Origin: Paraspadella gotoi
Taxonomy: Eukaryota; Animalia; Chaetognatha
DNA length: 64,000 nt
Direction: 5' to 3'
NCBI GenBank assembly: GCA_051294375.1
Contig: CM119265.1
Location: 29,495,453 to 29,559,452 of the forward strand
Part shown: positions 53,021 to 64,000 of the stretch, one piece after another
Layout of the letters: every line of letters begins with the position of its first letter
How positions within the stretch are numbered: the stretch's first letter is position 1
Program-made: the position numbers and the translations under genes
Notes under the pieces: model-generated
Seen by the model: the letters and a program-made list of their open reading frames with translations, nothing else
Database searches by the model: none
What the model was told of the DNA's origin: nothing

Positions 53021-53617
53021 TACTTTCTTTCCCTTTCTCTCTCTCATTCTCTATCTCTGTTTTTTTTCTCTCATTGGCTTTGGACATTCTACAATAAATA
53101 AATATTTTCTTTCCTTTCTTTTCTTCGATTTTTGTATTTATTTATTTTTAATTTCATTTTTTCCTACTTTTCGAAACTTGTGCGTACTCCACATTACACA
53201 CTGGATATGCCCTTTGCCATTGCACACTTCATTGCACATCTCGTTTTAGCCTCATGCGCGACGCATGTTCCATCGTTTTGTGCCCATGCACCAACATCGT
53301 TGGCTGCAGTGGACTCTCTTCCCCTGCAGCGTCGGGCTGCGGTCCTGTGGCTGAGAATCCACAGCGCGCCCAGGGGGGGGGGAGGACGTCGGGGAAAAGA
53401 CAGAACATTCTCTCTGTCTCTGTCTCTCTCTCTCTCTCTCTTTTTTATTTCTGTTGACCGATCATAAAATTCTGTCTGTTTCTCTCTCTGTCTCTCTCTT
53501 GTCTTAAGGCGACAATGATCACGCAATTGAAAAAGGATAAAAAGAAAAAAAGGATAAAAAATTGTTTTTATTTTCCGAAATTTCGCTTTGTCAGGAAGAG
53601 AAAGAGAAACAGGAAGA

Positions 53618-53657
<40 letters not shown>

Positions 53658-53923
53658 GCTGTCAAGAATAACAAAACTTGAAGAATCAAATATTTGATAT
53701 GAAGAAAAAAAGAATAAAATAATTAGTTTTAGTGTTTAAAAATTTTTTTAGCTAAGTCTGCAACCTCCTAATAGAATGGTACTGTCTTTAAAACAACATA
53801 ATTTCATGAAAAAGTCACTAAAATATTTTAGCCAACGATTTTGACCTACTTTTCATTAGGTCTAAGTTAGACATAAATCGATAGATTAACTAGACATGAA
53901 AAATGCCAAAAAGACAGGCTTAC

Positions 53924-53973
53924 CGTGACACACATGGGCCTCGTTGGGGCCACATGTTTGGGAAAAACGACAT
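53924..53973 (-). CDS. FLOT1: Flotillin-1 first coding exon (MSFF.TCGPNEAMVVS), with probable indels
   Basis: ACATGTGGCCCCAACGAGGCC encodes TCGPNEA; GTAAGC donor. Confidence 0.85.
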
Positions 53974-54019
53974 TTATACAGCTTGGTCTAATTGACGTGG
54001 AGACGCCAAAGAGACCAAC

Positions 54020-54230
54020 GATTCGGCAAGATCGCGGCAGTTTGAATGAATCTCTCTCCTTCCTCCTCCTCGCCTCCGAAACGAAGCTCGCGAACGTCAT
54101 CTGCGATCCACCAATCACAGCGCGTTATTGGCGACTGGCCAAATCGCGTGTCGATGCCTAAGGAGAGAATTTTAATAATTGGTGGGAAGAGAGAACGTTG
54201 CGCGAGATTTTAGAGGAAATCTACCAATTA
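54020..54230 (-). promoter_or_regulatory. Probable FLOT1 promoter/5'UTR with CCAAT boxes and a YY1-like motif
   Basis: CpG-richer stretch upstream of the ATG; CCAAT/ATTGG at ~54111, 54127, 54178 and 54224; GCCGCCATCTTG visible in the mirror copy (~47815). Confidence 0.45.
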
Positions 54231-54678
54231 GACGAGCCTCGAAATCCCGGGGGTCTATTAGCAATTGAAGAGCGTATTTGAGTGTTTGCCGAGACGCAAA
54301 TGCGACAATGGCAATTGCAGGCAGCAATGGGTAGCACGTAAGAAGGGAAAGTATGCAGAATGCGATAAGGATTCCAATGGCATTACTGGAAACGATTCCG
54401 GACCTTTTGATTCTTCTCTCAGAAAAATCGTCTTCTGTCCAATCATGTGATTCTATTGCAGAGCTTTAACTAATCACTGGTTTTAATCTTTGCATTGAAA
54501 GAATAAAAAAGGAGAGAGCTAAAGTAAAGAGGCGAAAAGAAAGACAGAAAATTAAAGAAAAAGAGAAAAAGAGAGTTGAAGAAAGAGAGAAAAAGAGAGA
54601 AAGAGAAAAAGAAAAGGTATAACAATCTATATTTCCACTTTAATAAAAATTAATTATTTAGATATACACAATAAGAAC

Positions 54679-55893
54679 TAGTGTTCCGATAACCGTCAAC
54701 TGTTAACGGTTATTAACGGTTAAAAATTTTTTTAACTTAACCGTTAATATATTTATTTTAACGGTTAAATTCGGTTAATTTTCAAATGTGATTTTTTTTA
54801 TTTTTTGGTATGAAATCTTTAAATTTAAAAAAAAAAATATTTTTTTCCTGTTTTCTCTTATTCTCCTCTCCCCTTCTCACCATATTTTTACCCCTCTCTC
54901 TCTTCTCCACTTTTTTCCTGCTTTTTTCTTTTGTTTTTTTTAATTTTTTTCTATCCTAATCTCTCTCTTCCTCTTTATTTATCTCCTCCTGTTCCTTTCT
55001 TTTTCTTTCTCACTTCCCCTTTTTCTTTCCCCTTTTCTTTTTTCTCCTTTTTTTCGCCCTTTGATTTTACCTTTTTCCTTTTTTTGCCCTTTCATGCAAT
55101 AATATATATTCAATTTAGCTAAAAATAAATAATCCCTCTTATTTTACTTTTTCTATCTTTTTGTTTCCTTCTTTAAAACGATCAAAGAAGCAAATGAAAT
55201 AAAACCAAATGAATAAAAAAAATTAATAAAAAACCAAATAAAAAATTTTATTTAAAAAAATTTAAAAATTAATAATAGAAGGAACGAATCTTAAAAAAGA
55301 CATATAAAAAAGAATAATGATGATATACTTTTTAATTAAACTGAAAAATATATTTATTCATCAATAAATATTTTGATCAATCGATAAATCAAATAGTCTA
55401 TCAATAAATTAAAATTCATATTTATATTTATGGTCAATGACCATTGGTCATAGTTTATGAAAGACTAACAACAGAAAACAAGCGTTTAGGAAACTAACAA
55501 CTACAAAAATAATGAGGAAGAGAAGAAGTAGAGAAAGAAAAAGAGAAAGCAAAAGAGAGAAAGAGAAAACAAAATATGGAATTAGAATTTGATGGTATCC
55601 TTTCGTTTCGTTGTGTTATGAGATTAGCAAAAATATTTGTTTTGTTACAACAGCAATATAATTTGACATAAAAAACAGACATGTTTCCACTCTGTTTCAA
55701 GTCTTTATCAGCGCATTTAAGAGCCAGAGTTAAAGAGAAAATACCATTAAATACTTTAGTTTGTTTTAAATCTTAATATTTTAAATTTAAAGTTAAATTA
55801 TAAAATTAACCGATCTTAACGGTTAACCGTTAAAAATGTTAGTTTTAACGGTTAAGCGAATTTCCTAAAAAATTAACGGTTATCGGAACTCTA
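54679..55893. mobile_element. Non-autonomous hAT DNA transposon
   Basis: TIRs TAGTGTTCCGATAACCG / CGGTTATCGGAACTCTA; perfect 8-bp TSD ATAAGAAC; subterminal TAACCG/CGGTTA repeats. Confidence 0.9.
55593..55715 (-). mobile_element. Penelope-like pseudo-LTR fragment with degenerate hammerhead motif, nested in the hAT element
   Basis: Minus strand GCGCTGATAAAGACT-TGAAACAG-AGTG-GAAACATGTC-TGTTTTT..ACACAACGAAACGAAAGGATACCA shares core and tail with 27034-27231. Confidence 0.65.
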
Positions 55894-57680
55894 ATAAGAA
55901 CATTATCACAGTAAACAATACATGTAATTTAGGTCGGTCGGTCACTCGATCAGTTGGTCTTTCTCTTAAAGCTTTATTTATATAAATTAAATATTTAATT
56001 CTGTTAATTAATTAATTAATTCGAATGTATTGACTATCAGCAATTAAGCCATACAATTAGACAAAGAGTCTGAAAAATTCTCTTCGAAAACAAATGTGCG
56101 TTACTTCAAGTGTTGACGTGACAGAGTCGCCTTGTCGATGAGGATTGAGAACAGTTGCTTTTGGAGAAACATATGAACACTTTCGATATTTGAGAAAATT
56201 AAGAATGAATTTTAAATCATTTTTAAACTCCTCATTAAATTTCTGTAATGACGTACCAGATGAGGACAGTTTTAATTGAAAAACAAAACGACACATTGCT
56301 AGGTGATCTCTGAAACTTCATTGCTAAATTGATGCAAAAGTTAAATTTAGAAAAATAATGTTGGTTAAAATGACGACTTTATACAATGAAGGAGTCAGAC
56401 TTTGTGGCAGTGTGGCAACGTTGCCCTGGGCTTGCATTCGTTTGGCGAACGTCTGCAGCGACGCATTGACTAACCTTCAGATCCCGTGACCTGAGTCAGA
56501 GTTCCCTCTGAGAGAGGCTTAAATCTCACTGAGAATTTACTTGAGTTATGTAAATGACTTTTATGATTTTTATTGTTACTGAATTTTAACCCTGATCATT
56601 GAGATAAAATACTGATAAAGTGAGGTTTGAGATGCGAATTTTAAAATCAAGGAACAACATAAGTAATAGTTCGCTCGTTAAATATTTTATTTCTAAAAGT
56701 ATTTTTATCCTTAAGGTAAATAGAAATAGTATTTAAGCATTCTTATATGGTTTACAACTATGACTTTTACGGCTAATACTAATCTATTCACCTTAGCATA
56801 TGAATTTCAGAGTTTGCAAAAATATTTTTTCCAAGTTTACATGTAAGACTTATGAAGAAAGTAAGCTAAGGAAGTAAGTTTGCGTGATAGAGAAATTGTT
56901 TGTTTTATTTTCAATTGACTAGAAATAAATTAGATCTTTATTTGTAGCTATGTTTTTGTTAAATTATTTTTCATTTGCCATTTTGTATTAATCCTCAACA
57001 TGCACTGTGTTAGAAATGTATTCATATTTTCTTATTATTAATTTTTTATTATACAGTTTTATTAATTCCTTGTTCGTTTTCTTTTAAAAAATCTTAGTCT
57101 GCATTCTTCAAAACCGAAAGTCAAATAATTGAGACGCAAAATCGAGATTCGATGAAATTAAAAGCAAAGAAAGACAAAGTCCAGACTGACTTACTCTGCT
57201 TGAGGTAAGTTACGAAAGTCGCCGGATCCGATTACATTTTTGGTTCGATTCCATGTGGGATGAGATGAGGCATCAATCATTGACAACGTCTAAATACAAA
57301 ATTGTTTGCGTAGCGGCTTAAGACCCTCAGTGACACCGCCCACGTAGGGAGAGGAGAGAAAACTATATAAAATATATAACCCTGGACATTAGCGAGAAAA
57401 AAGAGAATAACTTCAGCATTTATTTGCAGATCCATTCGGTTTTCTTTGGCGTCAAACTATTTGTTGTAATTAAAGCACAAGACCCTAATAATTCATCTCT
57501 TCATTAATGGATTTGTACTAAATAGGTAAGACACACTTTTAGGTTTAAATTTATGATTTATATTAGACCTTTTTTATTTTACTAATCATTATATCCTTTT
57601 TTTTCCTTTTCTAGAACGATCGATGCTTTGCTTCAAACTCTTTGACTTCAAACTCATTGACTTCTCTCAATTCAACTAAA

Positions 57681-58051
57681 ATGGCGGAAGCGGCCGACGC
57701 TTCAGTTCCTTTGTCAGAAGCTTCAATGGAAATTCCAGCTCAAGATTTTTCAGAATCTCAAAAGAAAATGACTACAGTTTCAACTCCCGCGTCTGAAGAA
57801 ACTTTGAACATTGATGGCAAAAGGAAAAAGAAAAAAAGAAAGAAGAAAAAGAAAAAACCTGTTTCTGATTCAACTTCTGGTCATCCTGTACTCGGCACCG
57901 ATGATCAAGAATCACCAAAAGCGACTCCCAGTGAACATTCTCCCAATTATCCAACAGGGGAATCAACCAGTGGAATTCACGAAGATTGTAAAGACGTTAA
58001 TCCTGATCTCGAATCTCGTGAATTATACACTGAGCCACAAATTCGTCGGAC
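57681..58051 (+). CDS. N-terminus of an unknown protein with a poly-Lys NLS-like tract (MAEAADASVPLSE...KRKKKKRKKKKKK...), truncated by gap
   Basis: TATATAAA at ~57364, 5'UTR intron 57526-57614 (GTAAG..TTTCTAG), AAAATGG start context, open frame to the N-gap. Confidence 0.55.
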
Positions 58052-58151
58052 NNNNNNNNNNNNNNNNNNNNNNNNNNNNNNNNNNNNNNNNNNNNNNNNN
58101 NNNNNNNNNNNNNNNNNNNNNNNNNNNNNNNNNNNNNNNNNNNNNNNNNNN

Positions 58152-60690
58152 ATATTTAAGGGTGGCCAAAAAATAGTTCTTGCTACCATTTTACAATCAT
58201 CCAGGCAAGTATGTTCCCAGAAAAATTCATTTGAAAATTTGGCAATCGATAGATATACAAGGTCTTTCGGCAAAATTATTAATGGGCGACTTCAACTCAC
58301 CAGCATGCTGCTTGGAAGTCGAACAACAACTAAATATGTGTGAGTACTTGTAAGTTTAATAGAAAAAACATCACTTACGAGAGTACATTCTTGTATGATT
58401 ACACTTACATTAGTAAAATTACTGGAGATGGAAACCTACTTGATATACACTGATGTATTTCAATCTAAGAGGCGGTATCAAAAGCCTGTAAGTTTTGGCA
58501 GATGTCGGCAGTGACATCTCCCGACTTCCTAACAACCTTGAACATTAAACAAAATTTCAAAAGTTAAACTTTACAAAAAAATTTGACAAGGATAAATTTG
58601 CCATCAAGTTGAAGAGAATATGATTGAATTCATTAGTAGTTGGGAATCATTAGATATTGATGAAAAAATAAAGAATTGGACAGAACTAATAGACTGCTGA
58701 AAGTGAATGCGCATCGTCAATAAGAGATGCAGATGGAAAGAAAACAATGAATTAAGCATATAAAACCATAGAACTAATCAAAAAGAGACGAAAAATGGAC
58801 CAAAGATAAAAAATGTAATCTTATAAATCTGACCCAATAAATATGGAGACATGAATTTAACTACCTTGTGCCGCGAAATTTAAAAGGTCTATCAAAATTG
58901 ATATTAATCAATTAGAAATAATAAGGTCAATAAATTGTGTAATGAAAAGAACGCGCAAAAAAGTGGAAAATAATTAATGAAATAATAGGGACAAGAAAGT
59001 AATGATATGCAGTAAGCTTGCTTCTGATAAGCTGGTAATCTTTCAGGTAGCAAACAAGAAAACCTGGGAAATTTTAGCAAACACGATGGAAAATGTTCAC
59101 CGTGCTCCCACAATAAATAAAAGTAATGAAGTATATTTATAGAAATCACTAGCGCTAAAAAAAAATGAAACCTCATGTTTTCAATTTAAAACCAAAACAT
59201 AACAATTTTTCAGACATGGAACTTATGTAATCTCAAAAACATGAAAGAACTAATAAGAGACTTGAAGAAAAAATCGGCCCAGGAAAAGATGGTTAATCAC
59301 TCCAATGTGTAAAGATCCTGCCAGATGTGCCCTAATTGCTCTTTGTGACATTATGCAAGAATGCCTTCGTACATGCCACTTCCCAGTATGAATGGAAAAC
59401 ACTCAAATCTGCTGGATGCTCTTAAAACCCGGAAAAGAATCCAAAAGATGTTAAAAGCTACAGACCGATAAGCCTTCATATACTGTCGTAGGAAAAATTC
59501 TGGAAAAGGTTTTTGTAAAAATGAAATATGTACAGTGCGTGAGGGAAACAAGAGCCATGAGTAATCTACAGTCAGCCTATAAAAAGGGGAGATCATCACA
59601 GGAAAATATTTCTAAGACTAACAGAAGATATTCACCATGCCTATAAAAGAAGACAACTGTACAATAGCTGTGGCGCTAGACTTTTCAGTTTGCATTTAAC
59701 TCTATTGTGGAATGAACGGCTCTCATAGTAAAAATGATGAATAAAAAAGGCGTTCCCGACGACATTCACAAGATGGTTTACTCTTATCTACAATGGAAGA
59801 AAGATGAATGTGGTGAAGATGATCTGAGTGTCTGAATCAAGGTTCTGGGAAAGGAGCACCTCAAGGCGGCATCCTTAAGTCCAGATCTCTTCATTCTATA
59901 TGTTGAAGACCTACGGCCTTTCATGGTTAAAAAACGTTCAGAAGTGCTAAATATGCTGATGACACAACCATTTGGGCAAGTGGTTAAAACTGCAAGGATC
60001 GCAGCAAAAGATACAACGGTCCTTTGATAAAGTTGTAAAATGGTGCTATGAATGGCAACTAACACTGTCACGGGTAAGTCCATTCACAACTCTGTTTCAG
60101 TAGATGCCAAAATCATTTATGATGAGAACTTTGAATTTAAAATAGAGATGACTTGGTCATCAGAAAATCAACACTAAGTTACTTGGAGTAGATCATAGAT
60201 GAAAACTAATGGTGGGGTTAACTACATCTCGAGGTTCATAATTGCAAATGATGCCTGCCAAAGTCTATATGATCTAAGAAAATAGGGCAAAACACTTAAA
60301 TTATAGTAACATAATAATCTCAATACAATTTACAAATCTCTTACAGTTTCGGCCTTCCAATCTCTAGCGTTATTGATGTATCAATATGCACAACAACAAT
60401 TGGGACAAAGTCGATAGCTTCTCACATTCAAAGCATGAACAATACTAGATTGAACTTCCAATCCATACTCCCATCGGCTAGTCCCTCGATTGCAAGCAAC
60501 TCTACAAACCTCTCTTGAGAAGACTCTGTTTTGCTTCGGTGCATGAGCAGGAATCCTAATAACATCGCAGAAAAAAATGACCTTTTTCGACGACATCATC
60601 TCAAAAGATCAGATGAGGAGAATGTAAAAACTCACATTTCCCCTATGGAAACGGTTTTCTCATAACTTTGTTTGTAAAAGTTTGTATGAA
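58152..60690 (+). mobile_element. LINE ORF2 (APE C-half + reverse transcriptase), heavily frameshifted
   Basis: Motifs in order: LMGDFNS (~58280), PGKDG (~59280), KSYRPISL (~59455), QSAYKKG, ALDFS.AF, GAPQGGIL.SP.LFILYVED, KYADDT (~59950). Confidence 0.9.
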
Positions 60691-61753
60691 TGTTTCAAAG
60701 AACAGGCATTAGTGTGTACTATCGCAAAAGAACATACGACCGGAGGTTGGGATGGAAATTGTCTGTAAGACTCGACACTGAGATTCAGTGCGACACCTTT
60801 CAGTGGAGGACCAGCCTACGTTCGTGGAATCTTCCAGAAGGACCGTGGCCGTCAGGCCCTCCGCCCTGGAGACAGCCAACAGGCCTCTCTGCCTCTGAAC
60901 GTGGCCAATTCGGCCAGTTCTGGAAGTGAATTTGCGGTCGAATAGAACAGTAGATAACTTACAATTTTAACTACATGTATGATGTATTGTGTTATTCAAG
61001 GATTCTTTATAGAAAAAGGGACACAGTTCTGCCGTGAATACTTGTGTACTTATAAGAATCTGTGTTTTAGTATTGGGCCCTTCAGCATTATTAGACAAAG
61101 GACCCATTAGACGTACTCGATACTGTTCCAGGGTCAAGTGTAATTCGTATTTCTATTTCTAATTTCCTATTTCCTCTCCTCTCCACACCTGTGGCAAATA
61201 CCCCCGGCTAAATATCTTACCATCAGCCGAAACACTGAAATATTTTACACTTGACAGTTTAATACAGTGTCTCTCTTCTCTCTCCTCTCTCTCTCTCTCT
61301 CTCTCTTCTCCTCCACCACACCTGTGGGCAAGTACCCCGTAACATATCTTCCCGTCCTCCGTGCCTCCCGAATGGGCGTTTGACCGCCTCGTTCCTCGTC
61401 ACGACGCGTTCGTCCGTCCGACACGACGTTCCCTTTTGCACGCTCCGAGTTACGAGTCGTAGAAGCCGGCGTCTGACGGCGACGACGCAGCCCTCGGCCG
61501 CACGCCGTCCCGGACGAGGGCGCCGATTCGCGCCCGGAGCAGCCGAGAGCGGGTCACGGTGGTCGGGAGTGGAGAGAAGAGGAGGAGGAGGATCGCCAAA
61601 GACGTAAGCCGTTCGCCGACGACGCGGCTTTCAAGACGGAGACCGTCCGCATGTCCTCTGCCCACGCGGCCGATGGAATCCTTTTTTTTGTTTTTTTTTT
61701 TGTTTAATTTATTTGTGTTTACGTAGTTTGTTTAGTTTTCATCTCTCTCTTTT

Positions 61754-62077
61754 CCTTAAAATTATTTCTAAAATCAAAGATTCCTTAATTTCTTTAGAGA
61801 TTATTTTGACCACAGATCCTTCAGGGAGGCCAATAGCTACGCCACTAGACACACTTGTATTTGAAGTTTCATTACTTATTATGAACTTGAAATTTTTAAT
61901 TCCCATATTTTCGTTCTCCTTCAACCTTATGTCATTGAAAACTAAGATCAACTCATATTTTTCTGATAGAGAGTCAATACTTTGCTTGAGTTCTACCAAA
62001 CGCTCTGGTCTTCCATTAGTATTAACTTGCATTATAGCCACGTCTTTTACAATCACGCCTTCATGTTTACTGGCCAT
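61754..62077 (-). pseudogene. LINE ORF2 N-terminus (APE endonuclease), truncated
   Basis: IMQVNTNG..ILVFNDIRL..SSGVAI..ESLILEI; its ATG overlaps the end of ORF1 (ATGGCCAGTAA). Confidence 0.8.
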
Positions 62078-63836
62078 TCTCCATCAAAGCAGAACCTTGA
62101 CTATCATCTTTTCCATCTTTCGTCCCACGAGTTCGCCCTAGCCAGAGCAAGCCTCCGTTTTCTGCGATTCCACCCTGACTTCTCCTTCTTTGAAGAGTTT
62201 CTTGGATCTGAATGTTTTCCGTTGACGTCGGTTTTTGACACAGAACATATTCTGTGAGCGCAGGAAATGAACAATCCGCCCAATTATCTGGTGCTTTGTG
62301 AGATTCACAGGTCGCTTTGATGTTTGGTTTTCCTGATTCAGTTGTTGTTTCTGCTGGAGTTTTTGGTAGTAAACGACCATCACTACGAAATGACCCATTC
62401 AGAGTAATGTTTAGATTTGAGTTGTTTAACTCACTCGTGATATTTTCTTTTCTTTGATAACCTATTCCAAATGCTTCATTGACGAGCCTCTGTGACATTG
62501 ACCACAGTTTTGTTTCACTGATCTCTGACAACTCAGACTTCTTAATCTCTTTCATGGTGCTGCATAACATGAAAGCAAAAGATGAGAGTGATTTTTTTGT
62601 GATCTTTACTTCCTCTTGTGTATTATTCACAACTTTGGCATAGCTCATTGATTGACTTGTGGTTTTAAGAAATACACCTTCACTTCGCTTTTGTCGCATT
62701 TCTTTGTTTGCTGCAAGATTTTTAATAAACTCTGGGCAAGATTTCGAGTTTGCTGCGTGCTTTCCCCCGCAATTTGCACACTGAAGGCTCTCTTCATTGC
62801 AGACTGAGTGACTGTGTTGTCCGCCGCAACGCAGGCAAGTACTTTCAGTTGCTTTGCATGTTCCTGTCCCATGCCCGAACTTTTGACAACGAAAACACTG
62901 CAACAGTCCTCGGTCATCATAATCAATCACTTTATGGACTTTAAAATATGCCTTGAATCCATCTTGCTTTAGTTTTGACGCATGTTCTTTGCTATTCACA
63001 CCGATTTTTATGTTCCATGTCTTTTCACTACTCGCTGTGGACAACATTCTCTTAATGAAGACTGTAGGAATACCAATTTTGTCCAATTCTTCTTTTACAT
63101 CTTCTTCCTTCACTGATGGGTCAACACCCTTGATTACTAAATTGTTCACAATAGAGTTGTTGCTTGGCAGCCTGGGAGTGATTTCAATCGGCCTTTGTTC
63201 CCAGTTTTCTTTTTTCAAAACCGAATTAAAATCTGCATCCGAGTCAACAGTGAGAAGAATGTCGCCACGTTTCATGACTTTTGCTTCTTTAATGATGGCA
63301 GATCCCTTGAAGTTTTTCTTTATAAATTCAGAGAGTCGTGGTCTTGATTTTTTGACGTCGTCGCCACAGTTTGCAACAAGGACCACAGCACGATCTTTGC
63401 GAGTGCCACCATCATTGGTTGGCCTTGCTGAGCTTTGCTGAGACTGTTGTAACATCATGATTGGAGGGTTCGGATTTATTGGAGTCGACGCCCGACCTCC
63501 AACTGCCCTATTCAATTCAAATCTTGGCGATTTAGGTTCAGTCATTTCTAGATTGTTAACATCCAATTTCCGTTTATTTACTCGAGCTTTTAATGCAGCA
63601 GGCGATAAACATTCCACTTCGGTCGAAGTTGCATTTTCCGAGCTTTGCTTTGTTTGCAAATCGAAACATTCTCTCATGAAAGTACCTAAATCTGCTTCTG
63701 ATAGATTTTTAACACTTTCTAATGCTTTTTTGAGTTCAACAGATTTATTAGCGACAGTCGAGTTTGTAGTTTTTTCGCCGGTCGCAGTTTTTTCACTGTT
63801 GCTTTGTTTTTTCACAGTCCCCGATTTGGATGGCAT
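62067..63836 (-). CDS. LINE ORF1 gag-like nucleic-acid-binding protein (Jockey/I type), 589 aa from the first ATG
   Basis: RRM-like LVIKGVDPSVKEEDVKEEL, then three zinc knuckles CX2CX4HX4C, CX2CX3HX4C and CX2CX3HX6C; directly followed by the APE ORF. Confidence 0.92.
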   Translation of the reverse strand: MPSKSGTVKKQSNSEKTATGEKTTNSTVANKSVELKKALESVKNLSEADLGTFMRECFDLQTKQSSENATSTEVECLSPAALKARVNKRKLDVNNLEMTEPKSPRFELNRAVGGRASTPINPNPPIMMLQQSQQSSARPTNDGGTRKDRAVVLVANCGDDVKKSRPRLSEFIKKNFKGSAIIKEAKVMKRGDILLTVDSDADFNSVLKKENWEQRPIEITPRLPSNNSIVNNLVIKGVDPSVKEEDVKEELDKIGIPTVFIKRMLSTASSEKTWNIKIGVNSKEHASKLKQDGFKAYFKVHKVIDYDDRGLLQCFRCQKFGHGTGTCKATESTCLRCGGQHSHSVCNEESLQCANCGGKHAANSKSCPEFIKNLAANKEMRQKRSEGVFLKTTSQSMSYAKVVNNTQEEVKITKKSLSSFAFMLCSTMKEIKKSELSEISETKLWSMSQRLVNEAFGIGYQRKENITSELNNSNLNITLNGSFRSDGRLLPKTPAETTTESGKPNIKATCESHKAPDNWADCSFPALTEYVLCQKPTSTENIQIQETLQRRRSQGGIAENGGLLWLGRTRGTKDGKDDSQGSALMENGQ

Positions 63837-64000
63837 TATGCTTACGCCGGTCCCTCTTAAGATGGGACAACCCAAAGATTCCTTTGTTTTCGAGCAGTGT
63901 CTTTTTTTGATTTTAATTTGGAAATTAATTACTTTTTATTATTAAGTTTTAATTCCGTAGTAATTTAAATGTAGAAAGAAAGTTTGATTTTATTTTTTTT

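Larger units (their letters stand above)
39642..53973 (-). other. FLOT1: Flotillin-1 gene locus (coding span)
   Basis: Seven visible exons colinear with the animal flotillin-1 protein from TCGPNEAMVVS to LTGVNI. Coding sequence expected between AIMG and GMARTAQ, and between YDLQ and AKAKAEAEQ, is not visible and probably lies in N-gaps. Confidence 0.95.

Noticed and set aside
52083-53973. FLOT1 as a pseudogene because of frameshifts in exons 1 and 3
   Set aside because: The mirror read has different indels and the other exons are intact, so sequencing error is more likely.
62953-63945. Two 162-aa plus-strand ORFs
   Set aside because: Antisense shadows of LINE ORF1.

Overview
AT-rich, repeat-dense animal (metazoan-like) draft genome window with N-gaps and indel-rich long-read segments. 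There are no prokaryotic features and no CRISPR array. The one recognisable gene is flotillin-1 (FLOT1) on the minus strand: ATG 53973 to stop 39642, seven coding exons visible, with middle coding sequence apparently lost in gaps. A phase-consistent 4-exon orphan single-pass membrane protein gene lies at 28321-26203 (-). Mobile DNA includes a Jockey/I-type LINE (intact ORF1 plus a split, oppositely oriented ORF2), a Tc1-like remnant, a hAT MITE with an 8-bp TSD, a TA-flanked foldback MITE, DINE-1/Helentron-like (HINE) elements and three copies of a highly structured tRNA-derived SINE. The most interesting signal is a family of ~200-bp insertions carrying minimal hammerhead-ribozyme motifs. Two are palindromic with 14-15-bp TSDs, resembling Penelope pseudo-LTR miniatures. 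The ~9-kb direct duplication (1440-10381 / 10420-20061) and the ~3.4-kb inverted duplication around 51 kb are probably assembly artefacts. All calls were made by eye; tandem-repeat boundaries are approximate.
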